NCBI GenBank assembly: GCA_030704615.1 | Contig: CM060731.1 | Coordinates: 90,768,001 to 90,832,000, forward strand | From: Takakia lepidozioides | Lineage: Eukaryota > Plantae > Bryophyta | Reading direction: 5' to 3' | DNA length: 64,000 nucleotides | Shown: positions 39,357-50,810 of the stretch, piece after piece | Layout: each line of letters starts with the position of its first letter | Numbering within the stretch: the first letter of the stretch is position 1 | Notes under the pieces: generated by a model | Database searches by the model: none | Told to the model about the DNA's origin: nothing | What the model saw: the letters and a program-made list of their open reading frames with translations, nothing else | Made by a program: the position numbers and the translations under genes

Positions 39357-42300
39357 GTGGACAATCAGGATGGTGTGTTTCAGTTGGGTGGCCTAGCCGG
39401 GAGGAGGTATAGGCCACTACGGGTCTTGTTGGACTCGAGAGCACAGCCATTGATGTTGGGGAGAGCAGCAATTGCAGGCTTGGGCCTTACAGAGGCGGAT
39501 TTGGAGCCTTGTCATTTCCAAATTCAAACATCTTTGGGTGGTTCAGAGAAGGCACAAGGGATTACACGCCATGAGCTCTTCATTCGATTGCAGCCAGATC
39601 ATCCTACAGATGGCTCTGTCATGAGAGCTAAAGCCATTGTTACGGACGCGATGTCTTATGATGTACTTGTTGGTGGGGCTGTGTTATACCCGATGGGCTT
39701 TACTTTGGACTTTTGGGAGGAAATGACATCCTACAGGCCGGATTGGCAGTCAGGGGATGGTCGGCGTGCACTGCTCCTTGTGCGGTTTATTGGGAATGTA
39801 GCGGTGGATCATAGGAACATGATGCCCACGTTGGTTGCATTCTCAGGGGTGGTGGCTTGGGGTGGTGAGCTCTTGGAGGGAAATAGCCATGCAGATGATA
39901 GGCCACCACCTGATGAAGACAAACAATTGGCATACAAGGCTTATTTGCTTCCTCATGTGTCAGTGCATATTCCACTGTGGGGTACGGTTGGGAATTTGCA
40001 ACGAGTAGCAGGCGAGAGTGTGTACCAAGCATGGCAGGGGGCCTTTCCATTGATGAGTGAGGGGAGTTCAGTGACATCACCTGGACCTCCTCAGTTAGCT
40101 CCTTTGGACATAGTGCCTATTATCTGGCAACCACCTGACTCAGGTATTTGTTTGCTAGACCTGTTTGGAGGCATGAGCACTGGGCTTGCAGGAGGGTTGC
40201 AAGATGGGATTAAAGTACGCAAGTATTTATATGTGGAGAAGGATGAGATAGCTCGGCGTATTTCTATGCGCCACATCGCCTTGCTCACACACCGGTATCC
40301 TGAGTAGTTGCCTCTCTCAGCAATGCAAGGGTATCAAAAGGCCTTGCCAACAGACATTATCTTGCTGGGGGCGGATGATTTGGACCAGCATGGTGCCATT
40401 GACTTGGTGATAGCTGGATGGCCTTGCCAAGGACACTCTCCCGCAGGTCATGGGAACGGCTTGCATGATGCACGATCGCATTTGTTTTGGGAGATGTTGA
40501 GAGTGTTGCGTGACTTGTAGACGAGGCAAGTGCAACCTCTAGCCTATATCTTGGAGAATGTTCCTCTTATGGGGGACTCTCAGGCCAGGGTTATGGATTG
40601 GATTGGGTGCGGTCTTGGATTGGATCGGCGGTGCTATTGGATGCAGCAGCGGTGGGATCACAAGCGCATCAACCTCGATTGTGGTGGACCAATCTTGCAC
40701 CACCAGAGCTGCTCAAGAGAGCATACGATTCCATTCAACGGCCACCCAATCTCAAAGTTGAGGGCATTTTGGACCAAGGGAGGCAACCACAGAGGGTGCG
40801 ACATGATGACCGTCCACCTCTAGCAGTGGTAAATCGAGTGGGGCAGCCACATGCGGCCTTGCCTATGCTCATGAGCTTTCCCTCATCTCATGCTTTTCGA
40901 GACAATGGTCCTGGGTTGATTTGGGACAGTGTGCTACAGCAATTGGTGGAGCCCAATGCAGATGAGCGAGAGCAGGCAATGGGATTTGCCACGGGCACTA
41001 CAGCTGTGCCAGCTCTGTCAGAGACATCACGCCGACATGTGTTGGGTCAAGCAATGGATCTAAATTGCTTGACATGGGTCATTGGCTTGTGCATGGCTGA
41101 GCAACGGAGGTTGCAGATAGTGGTGGCTACTTCTACACTCCCATTTGGTATTGTATCCCCTCTGCCAACCGGGACGGTTGAGGCAGTGAGTGGGGGCGAG
41201 CACAGGATCATGGGGTGCAAACACCCATGGCAGATGTGGGATGAGATGCGGAAAGAGAGAGTCTTTGGATCTCTCAAGTAGCAGTATGAGGAGTGGGGAG
41301 AGCCATACACTGAGGATCAGTTGGAGGCCAAGGTGGCCAATGTTTTTGAAGAGGTTGAGAATGTTTCTTCCCCAGAGGATGTTCTCAAGGTGGTTATGGC
41401 AGAGCAAGTGGAGGCTACACCACAGTCAGATTGGGTGGACAAGGCTCAAGAGGTTGCTATCTAGCAACCAAAGGATGCGTCTCCTACCCCCAAGGTTGCA
41501 GTCACTGAGGACAATTGGGAACCAGATGTTGGACCTACAGTCACCGGTGGAGAGAGATGGAGGATCCAGCAATTTCTAAGGGCTTATAGAAATTGCTTTG
41601 CCTTCGGTTTGAAGGATTTGGGGAGTTTGAAAGGCCAGGAGATTCGTATTGATTTGGCAAGTGACACGCCAATCTTTCGAAGGCCCTACCGGTATAGTGA
41701 CATGGAGAGGTCATTGATCTAGTCACGGACTATGGAGTTGTTCGAAGCTGGATTGGTGGAGTTGTCAGGCGGGGAGTATGCCTAGGCAACGGTGATGCCA
41801 GCTAAGAAGGATATCTATGGCAATTGGACAGAAAGAAGGATGTGTGGGGACTATCGTCCTGTGAACCGTCAGACTAAGTCCGATAGATATGCCATGCCAA
41901 CTTCAGAGGAAATCTTTGATGCCATTGGGCATGCAAAGGTGTTTAGCACATTGGACTTGCGATCCGGTTACCACCAGTTGCCAATCAAAGAGGCTGACAA
42001 GCAAAAGACGACATTCTGGGGGATTGACCAACGTGGGAAGGATTGCTTGTACCAATGGCGCTTCCTACCGTTTGGGTTGAAGAATGCTCCTGCAGAGTTT
42101 CAGAGGGTTATGGATAGGATTCTCGCGGGGCTAGACTTTGTCCGGTGTTACATTGACGACATCATCGTCTTTAGTGCTACGGTTGAGGAGCATGAGAGAC
42201 ACCTTCAGGTGGTGTTTGAGCGCTTGAGAGCGCATAGGTTGAAATTGCACCCTGGGAAGTGCAGGTTCTTCCACAACCAGATTGAGTATCTGGGCCACAT

Positions 42301-44453
42301 GATATACCCTGGAGGATTGGGTGTTCAAAAGACGAAGGTGGAGGCCATTGCACGCATTCCACGCCCCATAGATGTTAGCAAAGTTTGTGTTTTCATGGGG
42401 TTGGCAAACTACTATCGACGGTTTGTCAAGGGATTTAGCAGCATTGCAAAGGCTCTTACTAAGTTGACCAAGGTGGGTCAAGAGTGGCAGTGGGAGGAGG
42501 AGCAGGAGGAAGCCTTTGAGGAACTCAAGGCTCGATTGACTTCTGCACCTATTCTGAGGCGGCCTATTCGGGGGCGGCCTTTCCAGCTACATACGGATTG
42601 GAGTATGTTGGGGATTGGAGCAGTGCTCACACAGATGGATGATGAGGGAAGAGAGTTTGTAGTGGCATATGCTAGCCACTCAAACAATGATGCCGAGGCA
42701 AAGTATAGTTCCTATGAAGGGGAGTGTCTAGCTGCGGTATGGGCATTTCAGATGTTACCTCTACGGCAATCTCTTCACCCTTGTCACGGATCACCAACCA
42801 TTGAAGTGGTTGATGGAGTCAGACAAGCTTACAGGGAAGCTTGCACGGTGGGCACTTATGCTTCAAGAATACGACTTTCGGGGGGTGCATCGAGCCGGTA
42901 TTGTCAATCGGGATGCAGATGGATTGAGTCGTAATCCATGCACGAGCAAGCATGATGATACTGGAGCTCGGTGGCATGGTGAGACGGATGAGGAGATGGT
43001 GCCAGGATGGCATGCATCTGCCTTTTTGTGCATCCTAGCAATGGGAGCTCAAGCTGGTCCATCCCATAGCATTGGTCATGTAGATGGTGTGCATGACGAT
43101 CCGGAGATCAGTGAGGAGCTTGGTGGTGCTAAGGATGTGCATGAAGATGCAACAGTGTTGGCCTACCTTTGTACTAGAGAGATAGCAGCCAGTGTGACTG
43201 CTAAGGAGAGAGATCGGATCCTACAATGAGCCAAGAGGTTCAAGTGGGAGGGGATTCACCTACTCCGAGTATGGGAGGATGGACGAGTGAGGATTGTGCC
43301 TCATCCAACACAACAAGCGCGATTGGTACGCCATGTCCATGAGGAGTTGGGACATTTTGGGGTGCGGCGCACTCATAGTTTGCTGCAAGGACAGTACTGG
43401 TGGTGGGGCATGTACACGGATGTGCAACAGTTAGTGGCAAGGTGCATGGTGTGTGATAGAGTGCAAACTTTTTTAAATGCACCTACTCCACAATTGCATC
43501 ATTTACCCATTATGGGTTTGGGCTATCGTTGGAGTCTTGACTTCGCAGGCCCATTGCCACTAACGATTCGCCATAACAAGTATGTGCTGGTGATGGTGGA
43601 ACATTTCTCCAAGTGGATTGAACTGGTGGCATTGCCTGACAAGGCAAGTGAGGGGGCTGCGTATGCATTCTTAGATCGAGTGCTTAGCCAATTTGGTGCT
43701 CCAGCCGAGGTACTCACGGTCCAGGGGAGACAGTTCTTGGGGGAGTTTCAGGCTTTGTGTGAGCAAGCCTTGATAGATCACCGCACTACTTCTCGGGATC
43801 ATCCCGAGGCTCATGGTCTGGCAGAGAGGGTTGTACAAAGAGTTAAGTGAGGCTTGCAAAAGTATAGCTTGCAGAAGGGACAGCCTCGTTCTCGCCTTAT
43901 TTCCTTCTCTTTGGCCGAGAGCCAAATTTGCCTGCATCTATTCGCAGGGAGACTGCAGTAGTTCTCAACCTTGATGATCCGGATGTGTGGACACAAGCAT
44001 GTGCCCAGCGGGCAGAGTTGTTCAAGAGAGTCATGCCTATGGCTTTTGATAACCTTGCTATTGCCCAACACCGAGACACATTGAGGTACGCCACTATACG
44101 TGGAGGGGGATATCGGTCAGGTGTTCGGCATTTCCACCCTGGGGACTATGTGTATCTGCAGCGGACAGCGCCTACGACTTTGGATGTCACAGCTGAGCGT
44201 GTGATTCTAAGGGTCCGGGAGGTGTTGCCTTCAGGAGTGTTGATTGTGGAGGGTCGAGATGGCATGGTATGGAAGGACCATGTGCGCAATTGTGCGCCGT
44301 GTCACCTTCCACATGTGGATGGGAGGATAGATCCCAACCTTGCAGGTGTGTGACAAATGCTCAAGGGGATGGCACATGGGATGCTTGACACCGCCACTTG
44401 AGGAGGTTCATACTGGAGAATGGTTGTGTCCGCGATGCCTTGGACATAGGTAG
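39357..44453 (+). pseudogene. Gypsy pol: protease, DNMT, RT, RNase H, integrase and partial PHD finger; multiple stops and frameshifts
   Basis: RVLLDSRAQP; LDLRSGYHQ, LPFGLKNAPA, YIDD; LHTDWS; HEELGH...CMVC, WSLDFAGP, GLAER; CDKCSRGWHMGCL...WLCPRC. Confidence 0.9.
40145..41080 (+). pseudogene. DNMT3-like C5 cytosine methyltransferase domain inside pol
   Basis: Motif I LLDLFGGMSTG, II YVEKD, IV AGWPCQ, VI YILENV, VIII QPRLWWTN, IX/X EREQAMGF...RRHVLGQAMD. Confidence 0.85.
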
Positions 44454-44708
44454 TGGGCATGACAATGGTGGAATTGACAAGTGATCCAAGGTCTAGCTGA
44501 TTGGAGCTCAACGCCATGGATACTTAATTGAAGATCATGGATTGCAGGAAGGCGAGTAACGATGGGGCTACTTTTGCACCCGGCCTCTTGATCTATTGAC
44601 TTTAGATATTGGGACATGTGCGATTGAAGACCAAGCGATGATTTTATTGAGATGGATACTTGTCAGCTATCCGGTGTTAGAGGGACCTAATCACCAGCTA
44701 GGGAGGCG

Positions 44709-45251
44709 ATTGTGGCATAGCTTTCTAGGATTGTGTGCTTAGAATGTATGGTGGACAACGATGTATGTTGTGGGACGATGCTTAGGTGCACGACAGCTGT
44801 CATGGTTTTAGTCATGGTTAAATAGAATTACCTACTTCTAGTTAACTAGGACATTTTGGATATTTATATTTGTGTTTTGTGTGTTGGGACTTCATTTGGT
44901 CTCACATGCCAAGTGAGGTGTCAAACCTCACTTGGGACATGGGGATGGGTTTTCCCCTTGTGAGTGTTGAGGAGGGCTCATCTTCTTGTAGTTGAGCCTC
45001 CATGAGCCTTTCCCACCTCCATAGCTCTAGGTATTGAGAGGGAGTGTGGTGAGGGCTTTGTAGGGTGGATTCCTTTAGCAAAGGTGCCCTTGGCTTGACT
45101 TAGTTTATGTGATTGAGTGGATTCATGAGTGGAGTGTTTCCATTGTGTGTTCACTTCCATTATCATTGTGGCATAGCTTTCTAGGATTGTGTGCTTAGAA
45201 TGTATGGTGGACAGCGATGTATGTTGTGGCACGATGCTTAGGTGCACGACA
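44709..45251 (+). repeat. Right terminal repeats B1 (44709-44795), gc, A2 (44798-45165), B2 (45165-45251)
   Basis: The 87-bp attgtggcatagc...gtgcacgaca unit occurs on both sides of A2. Confidence 0.9.
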
Positions 45252-46283
45252 AACAAGTGTTTCTCTCTTCTTCTCCATCGATGGCTCATAGGAAGAAATT
45301 TGCGGTAGTTGGGATACACCATCTTGTGAAGATGGCCGGAGCTATATGCATCAAGATCATCGCCACAATGCAAGCATGCATGGTACCCTTTGGTGCTTAG
45401 CCCCGAGCAAACAGTTAGTCATGTACTACACATCCCGCCACATTAGCAAAGACAAAAAGTTTCATATGCATGGCCCATAATGTCATCTACCCCACTATGG
45501 TGCACAAGACTGTCGCCGCTACTTCAATCAATCCCAATCCTCATCGATATTATCCGGCATTGACAAGTGAATGTACGCGGGTTGTTCATGGGAAACATAA
45601 TATACCTGGATAATCATGCATTGTCCAAAGCAAGATGTCTCTCATCTGAAAAGATTGTCCGGCCATAGGGTCAAGTGAAGCATCCAATGTCGGGACCCCC
45701 CTCCATAGCTCCTTAAGTTCATCAACAAGTACGTATCCATGTTTGCCACTTGTTTTTTCCATATGAGACATTCACATCATTGTTTCAATGCTCCACCAAT
45801 ATGCAAATTATACTACAAAATGAATTACACGTCTTACTCCATGATTATGTCACTCATCAATCTTGCATCCGAATTGCGTCAGAGATCATAGGTTTAATAT
45901 AAAGTCCAAGGCAATAATAAACATGAAATGAGTACACTCACCTGACACGATGGCAGCCAACATGATATGGCTTTTTTTAATTGAAAGATACGGAGGGATG
46001 TTGTAATTCACCATGGTCACCGGCCAAGTGGAATGACTACATGACTGGACAGAGAATGGGTTGACCCCATCCGAGGATAAGCCGAGGTGGACATGTCGTG
46101 GGTCGTCCAAGAGAAAAGGCCACATCTCTTCAATATGCCTCCATACTTGTGAATCTTGTGGCCCGCACACCTTTCCCGGGGGGCTCCGATGCGAGGCGTG
46201 CCATCTCATGAGTCTGGCCAATTCGGGGCTTCGGTACTGTGCCCTCAAACGCGGGATAATCGGAAAGTAATGCATTTTCTAGG
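45252..46283 (-). pseudogene. CACTA-1 transposase, 5' exons
   Basis: MHYFPIIPRL, LGLSSDGVNPF, STWPV..NYNIPP, LLWTMHDYPG, GYHACLHC. Confidence 0.9.
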
Positions 46284-47613
46284 ATGAAATACCCCACGTC
46301 CCCCACATGTAATCATCCCATTAGCACACATAATACAACACCCTTATGTCTTTCCCTTTATGCAGCCTCTCTCTCATTTGGGCGTGAATGGTCAAAACCA
46401 AACATCGCTCCTTCCACTCCTCACTCACTCCTTCCAATTCACAATCAGATCTTGCATGAGTACTACTCTCTAAACCCTAAATTTTGTGGAATACACTTTA
46501 CATGCATTGAGAAGATTAAAGAAGTAATTTCTATGCGAGGGGGAACGGCGCTCTCGCCCACGGCTCCCGCCTGATGTACTTGGGTTGTTTTCGGATGGGG
46601 TGCCAAGAGAAAGGACCGTGAAGGGATGGACAAAGTCCTAATATGAACAAATGAACATAGGGACATATATTATAATGTGTCTTTGCAACCATACAACTCA
46701 TTATAAGCGAAATGCAAACAACAACCTTCAATGTATGTGTGCATCAAATATGTTATTCAATAATTACATGTATGTGCGCAACGTACACGCATGCAAAGTT
46801 TCAAACCCAAACAAAATCATTTGCCCCCCCAAGGATGCATTCACCCTATCAACTTTGTTTATTAATGTGAGAGAAAATCCTCTCATGCCATTGCACCCAT
46901 CAAACGGATGTGGCTCAAGCTTCACTTTTTCCTACATGTGCTTAAATATGTGTGAAACACCTGTACAAAGATCCAGCAGAAGAAAAAAACATTTGCCTCC
47001 CCAACGACGCACTCACCCTTGCACCAATTTTGAATTAAATCGAATTTAAAATAAATATTTGCATTTAGAAAATATATTATTGCAGTTTTGAGGGGCGTAA
47101 TGATTTTATTTTTAGCTCTATTTTGTTTTGTGACATCGGGCTTTGCACCACTACATCCATGCAAAAACTTGGACAAAAAAAAAATGGAAAAAAAAAAATG
47201 TGTTTCTAGGGTCACTTTTGCAGAACTCTCTATGAAGAGTGCATGAAATTGAAGATAACTCGACTTTGGAATGCAAATGAGAGAACAAAATCTGGTTATG
47301 GGTCCAAATGACTTTTGTTTACTCCCAAATTTTGCATGCACATTGCACATGCTATCATTAAGCATATGGCTTGAAAATGGAATAAAAAAAAAATCATGTG
47401 CAGGCGAAACACAATTTTCCGTCTCTACGACACGTAGTTGCGTTCAATACTAGAATAACCCATTGAATCAACTTGGTTCAAGCTCATATTTGGTCCACAT
47501 GTGCACAAGTATGTTTAGATCACATATGCATAGTTGCAACCCACATGAGCAACAAGAAAAATATTGACATCAATCGATTAATCGGATGTATACAAAGTAC
47601 ATCATGAGAATAT

Positions 47614-48564
47614 CTACAATGTCCCTCTACGTCTCAAAGGAATCCTATTTCTATCATACACATCCCACTCACGCTGTAATCGGAGGTCCCAATCATCCCG
47701 AGAGAACTCGTATGATGCAAATAGTTCGCTGCCAGCCCTAATAGTCCTACTAGCACATATCATTACAAACATGTGCATCCCCTCACAGTATACCGATGTA
47801 TGACCACAAAAGCTCTCATGCCCATCGCTTCGCTCGTCCCATACTACATTGGTTCTCCTAGGATGACCAAAAGAACTGTTGACCAGCCCAACAACATTGC
47901 CAAAGATGTCGGGGTCACCATCACAAAATCTAATCTCAATGGGAGACAACCCCCGTCTACGTACATCCTGTCCGTTGACACACAAAATGTAGGGTAGGAT
48001 GTATGGGGCTTCGAGGCATAATGTAGGGAACTACGCGGAGGTGTAGTATGGACCGTAGTAGAGAAACAAGTCCACCATGCTGTTGCTCCGGGGATGAACC
48101 ACAATATCATTGACCGTGAATAAACCCCGACCCATAGTAGGGTCTGTAGCGGCTTTCACAACATACCGTCTCCCCCAATACTCGAACTCCACATTCTCTT
48201 GGATGGGGGTGGGAGGGTCGAGATGATTCCCCCAACAACAAGGCTGGACGGTCCCAAGTAACATAGTCTTATTCGCTTCCCATCGGGGGCGAGGATCCGG
48301 CTAAGGCCGCCCAAGCCAAAGGGGAGGAAACCTAGGGCGAAGCCGACCCCTCCTAGGGGTTCGGGGGGCACATGCACGAGGAGGTGGTACTGCTGGCGGA
48401 GGAGATAAAAGTAGAGGTGGTTGACGATGTAATGTCGGAGGTGCAGCCGGGGGTACAACGTCGGGATCAGGCAAAGAAACAGATGGGGGGGGGGGGGGGG
48501 GCTGCTCGTCGCCAGCCATAACGCCTACGACATCTACGATACCCCTCGACCCTACGCATCTCAT
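47614..48564 (-). pseudogene. Intronless SET-domain gene with two in-frame stops
   Basis: ORFs 48564-48301, 48264-48031 and 47985-47614 share one frame: MGRGLFT...GLVNSS...ICASRTIRAGSELFASY. Confidence 0.68.
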
Positions 48565-48873
48565 CTACGTACTGCTGGGGGAACCAACTGGTCACATCGG
48601 GCACATGCTCTGGCACAAATTCTGCAAGTAGACCGGTGCAAAATGCCTCCTGTGCAATGTGATTGCGAGCTTGGGCATCAAGTCGTGGCTGCAATATGCG
48701 TAGTGAACGATGCATCAATACTTATGTCGTAATTTGGATTCATGTATGCTTACCAATCATACTATATTATTAGATAAACCTAAATGTACCTTAAATGAAT
48801 GTTAATGAGAGGGGTGGGAAAACACTCACCTTTGCCGTATCCGCAATCCTGTTCTTCTTGTAATGTTTTCGAC

Positions 48874-49953
48874 CAGGTTGCCCACACAACGGGCAATTGC
48901 ACTCTCCCTTTCCTCTCTGCTTCTGTTTACTGTTCAAAGGTAGGCTTCCTGCCCCGAGTTTAAATTTCAGTCTGGTGCCAAGAGTGGAATAGACCCTTGA
49001 GCACATCCATGATGTCCTCTCCCATGTCACAGACTGGAAACAGGTTCAGGGAAGTTTTCTTCCTAACTTCATTTTCATCGGACAATTTTCTGGTAACAGA
49101 CATGGCTTTGGACACTACACTCTCTAAGTCAGGTTTATTCAGCAAGGTCAAGACTTGCGGGTCCAGATTCAGATCCTTGAGAATCTCTTCTACTCTCTTC
49201 TCCCAGGGCTTAGCCTGTTTGACAGGGCGGTCTTATTTCCAAGATATAGAGTCGATTAACTTAGGATATCTGGTGTTGGACATATGCTGCAGCTGAACCC
49301 ACCAGCTATCCTCTACAAATCCCTTCACACAAGCATCAATCTGCTATGTGTGAGTTGCCCAAAAACTAGGCCTCAGAAGGGGCTGGGCTTTTGGCTCAGC
49401 CTCGAGACTTTCAAAGTTAATAAACAGAGGTACATGCACAATTCCCTTGATAGATTTGAAGAGAGCGTCTCTTTGGTGAGAGAACCCCGGACAATGTATC
49501 AGAAAATGAATAATATCTTCAGGTTGCCCACACAACGGGCAATTGCACTCTCCCTTTCCTCTCTGCTTCTGTTTGCTTATCAAAGGTAGGCTTCCTGCCC
49601 CGAGTTTAAATTTCAGTCTAGTGCCGAGAGTGGGTAGACCCTTGAGGTCATCCAAGATGTCCTCCCCCATGTCATAGACTCAAAACAAGTTCAGAGAAGT
49701 TTTTTGCCTAACTTCATTTTCATCAGACAATCTCATGGCAACAGACACGGTTGGACACTACAGCCTCTAAGTCAGATTTATCCAGCAAGGTGAAGACTTG
49801 CGGTTCCAGGTCCAGGTCCTTGAGAATCTCTTCTACTGTATTCTGCCAGGACTTAGCCTGTTTGACAGGGTGGTGGGCGGTCCTGTTTCCAAGATATAGA
49901 ATCGATTAACTTAGGATATCTGGTGTTGGACATATGCTGCAGCTGACCCCACC
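48874..49953 (-). mobile_element. Partially duplicated LINE ORF2 3' end (zinc-knuckle region)
   Basis: RLKFKLGAGSLPL...CPLCGQPEDIIHFLIHCP; 48874-49303 is repeated at 49520-49953. Confidence 0.75.
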
Positions 49954-49988
49954 ATATGACCTTAAACTCATCTTGTCGGGAGCTTAAA

Positions 49989-50067
49989 AGAGAGGGAGAG
50001 AGAGGGAGAGAGAGGGAGAGGGGGAGAGGAAGAGAGAGGGACAGAGAGAGGGAGTGAGAGGGAGAGA
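49989..50067. repeat. GA-rich microsatellite
   Basis: agagagggagagagaggg... Confidence 0.9.
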
Positions 50068-50259
50068 TCAGGAAACAAAAAAATAAAAATAAAAAAATGT
50101 GGGGGGGGGGGGTGACTGACCAGCTATTGCTCAGCAGTTGCAGTTGCTCGGTCACTCCCCCCCCCCACCTTTTTTTCTTTCTTTGTTCCCCCTCTCTCCC
50201 TCTGTCTCCCTCTCTCATGGGAACCAGCAGGTTGTTATCAGTGTTGATTTCCTGTTTTT

Positions 50260-50810
50260 TCACCCATACCGGATGAAGTTTTGACAGAGTTTCATCCATC
50301 CTCTATCGGTTTTTCATCCATACCGGATGAGCCACCAGGATGGACACTGAATTACCGTTAGGATGTTTTATTTGGTTTTTTCATTTCTCTTTTATTGACT
50401 CTCATCCATACCGGATGAGTCACCAAGGAATGAAAAATTACCTCTATGAGGGTTGCGTTTTTCTTCCATACCGGTTGAAAAACTACCAGGATAATAATTT
50501 TTCATTCCTCTTTCACTGACTCTTTTTTATCCATACCGGGTGGTCTGGTGAGGAATGATGAATTACCTAGGAAGAGGTAAACCGCTGCCACGGATGATAT
50601 TCCCTACTTTTCATCTTGACAAGTGATTTGTTTATGGATGACGAGTACAGATGATTATGGCTTGGAATTGATCTTAACTACCCCTAATTATGATTATTTA
50701 CGGGGTGAAACCCTAACCCCTACCCTAAAACCTATTTTTAACTCTGCTACGGATGAAATCCGTCAAGGTAGAAAGGTATTTTTTACTGTTTTCATCCACG
50801 GATGAAAAAT
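50260..50810. repeat. Cluster of short quasi-palindromic repeats TCATCC(ATAC)CGGATGA, probably subterminal repeats of a DNA transposon
   Basis: Copies at about 50262, 50314, 50402, 50465, 50529 and 50791. Confidence 0.6.

Larger units (their letters stand above)
9507..45251 (+). mobile_element. Ty3/gypsy retrotransposon with DNMT and PHD cargo, containing a nested CACTA
   Basis: TG...CA ends; AACA at 9503-9506 and 45252-45255; removing the element restores the CACTA frame EKHLF-DGKEE; gag-PR-DNMT-RT-RH-IN at 37414-44453. Confidence 0.88.
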
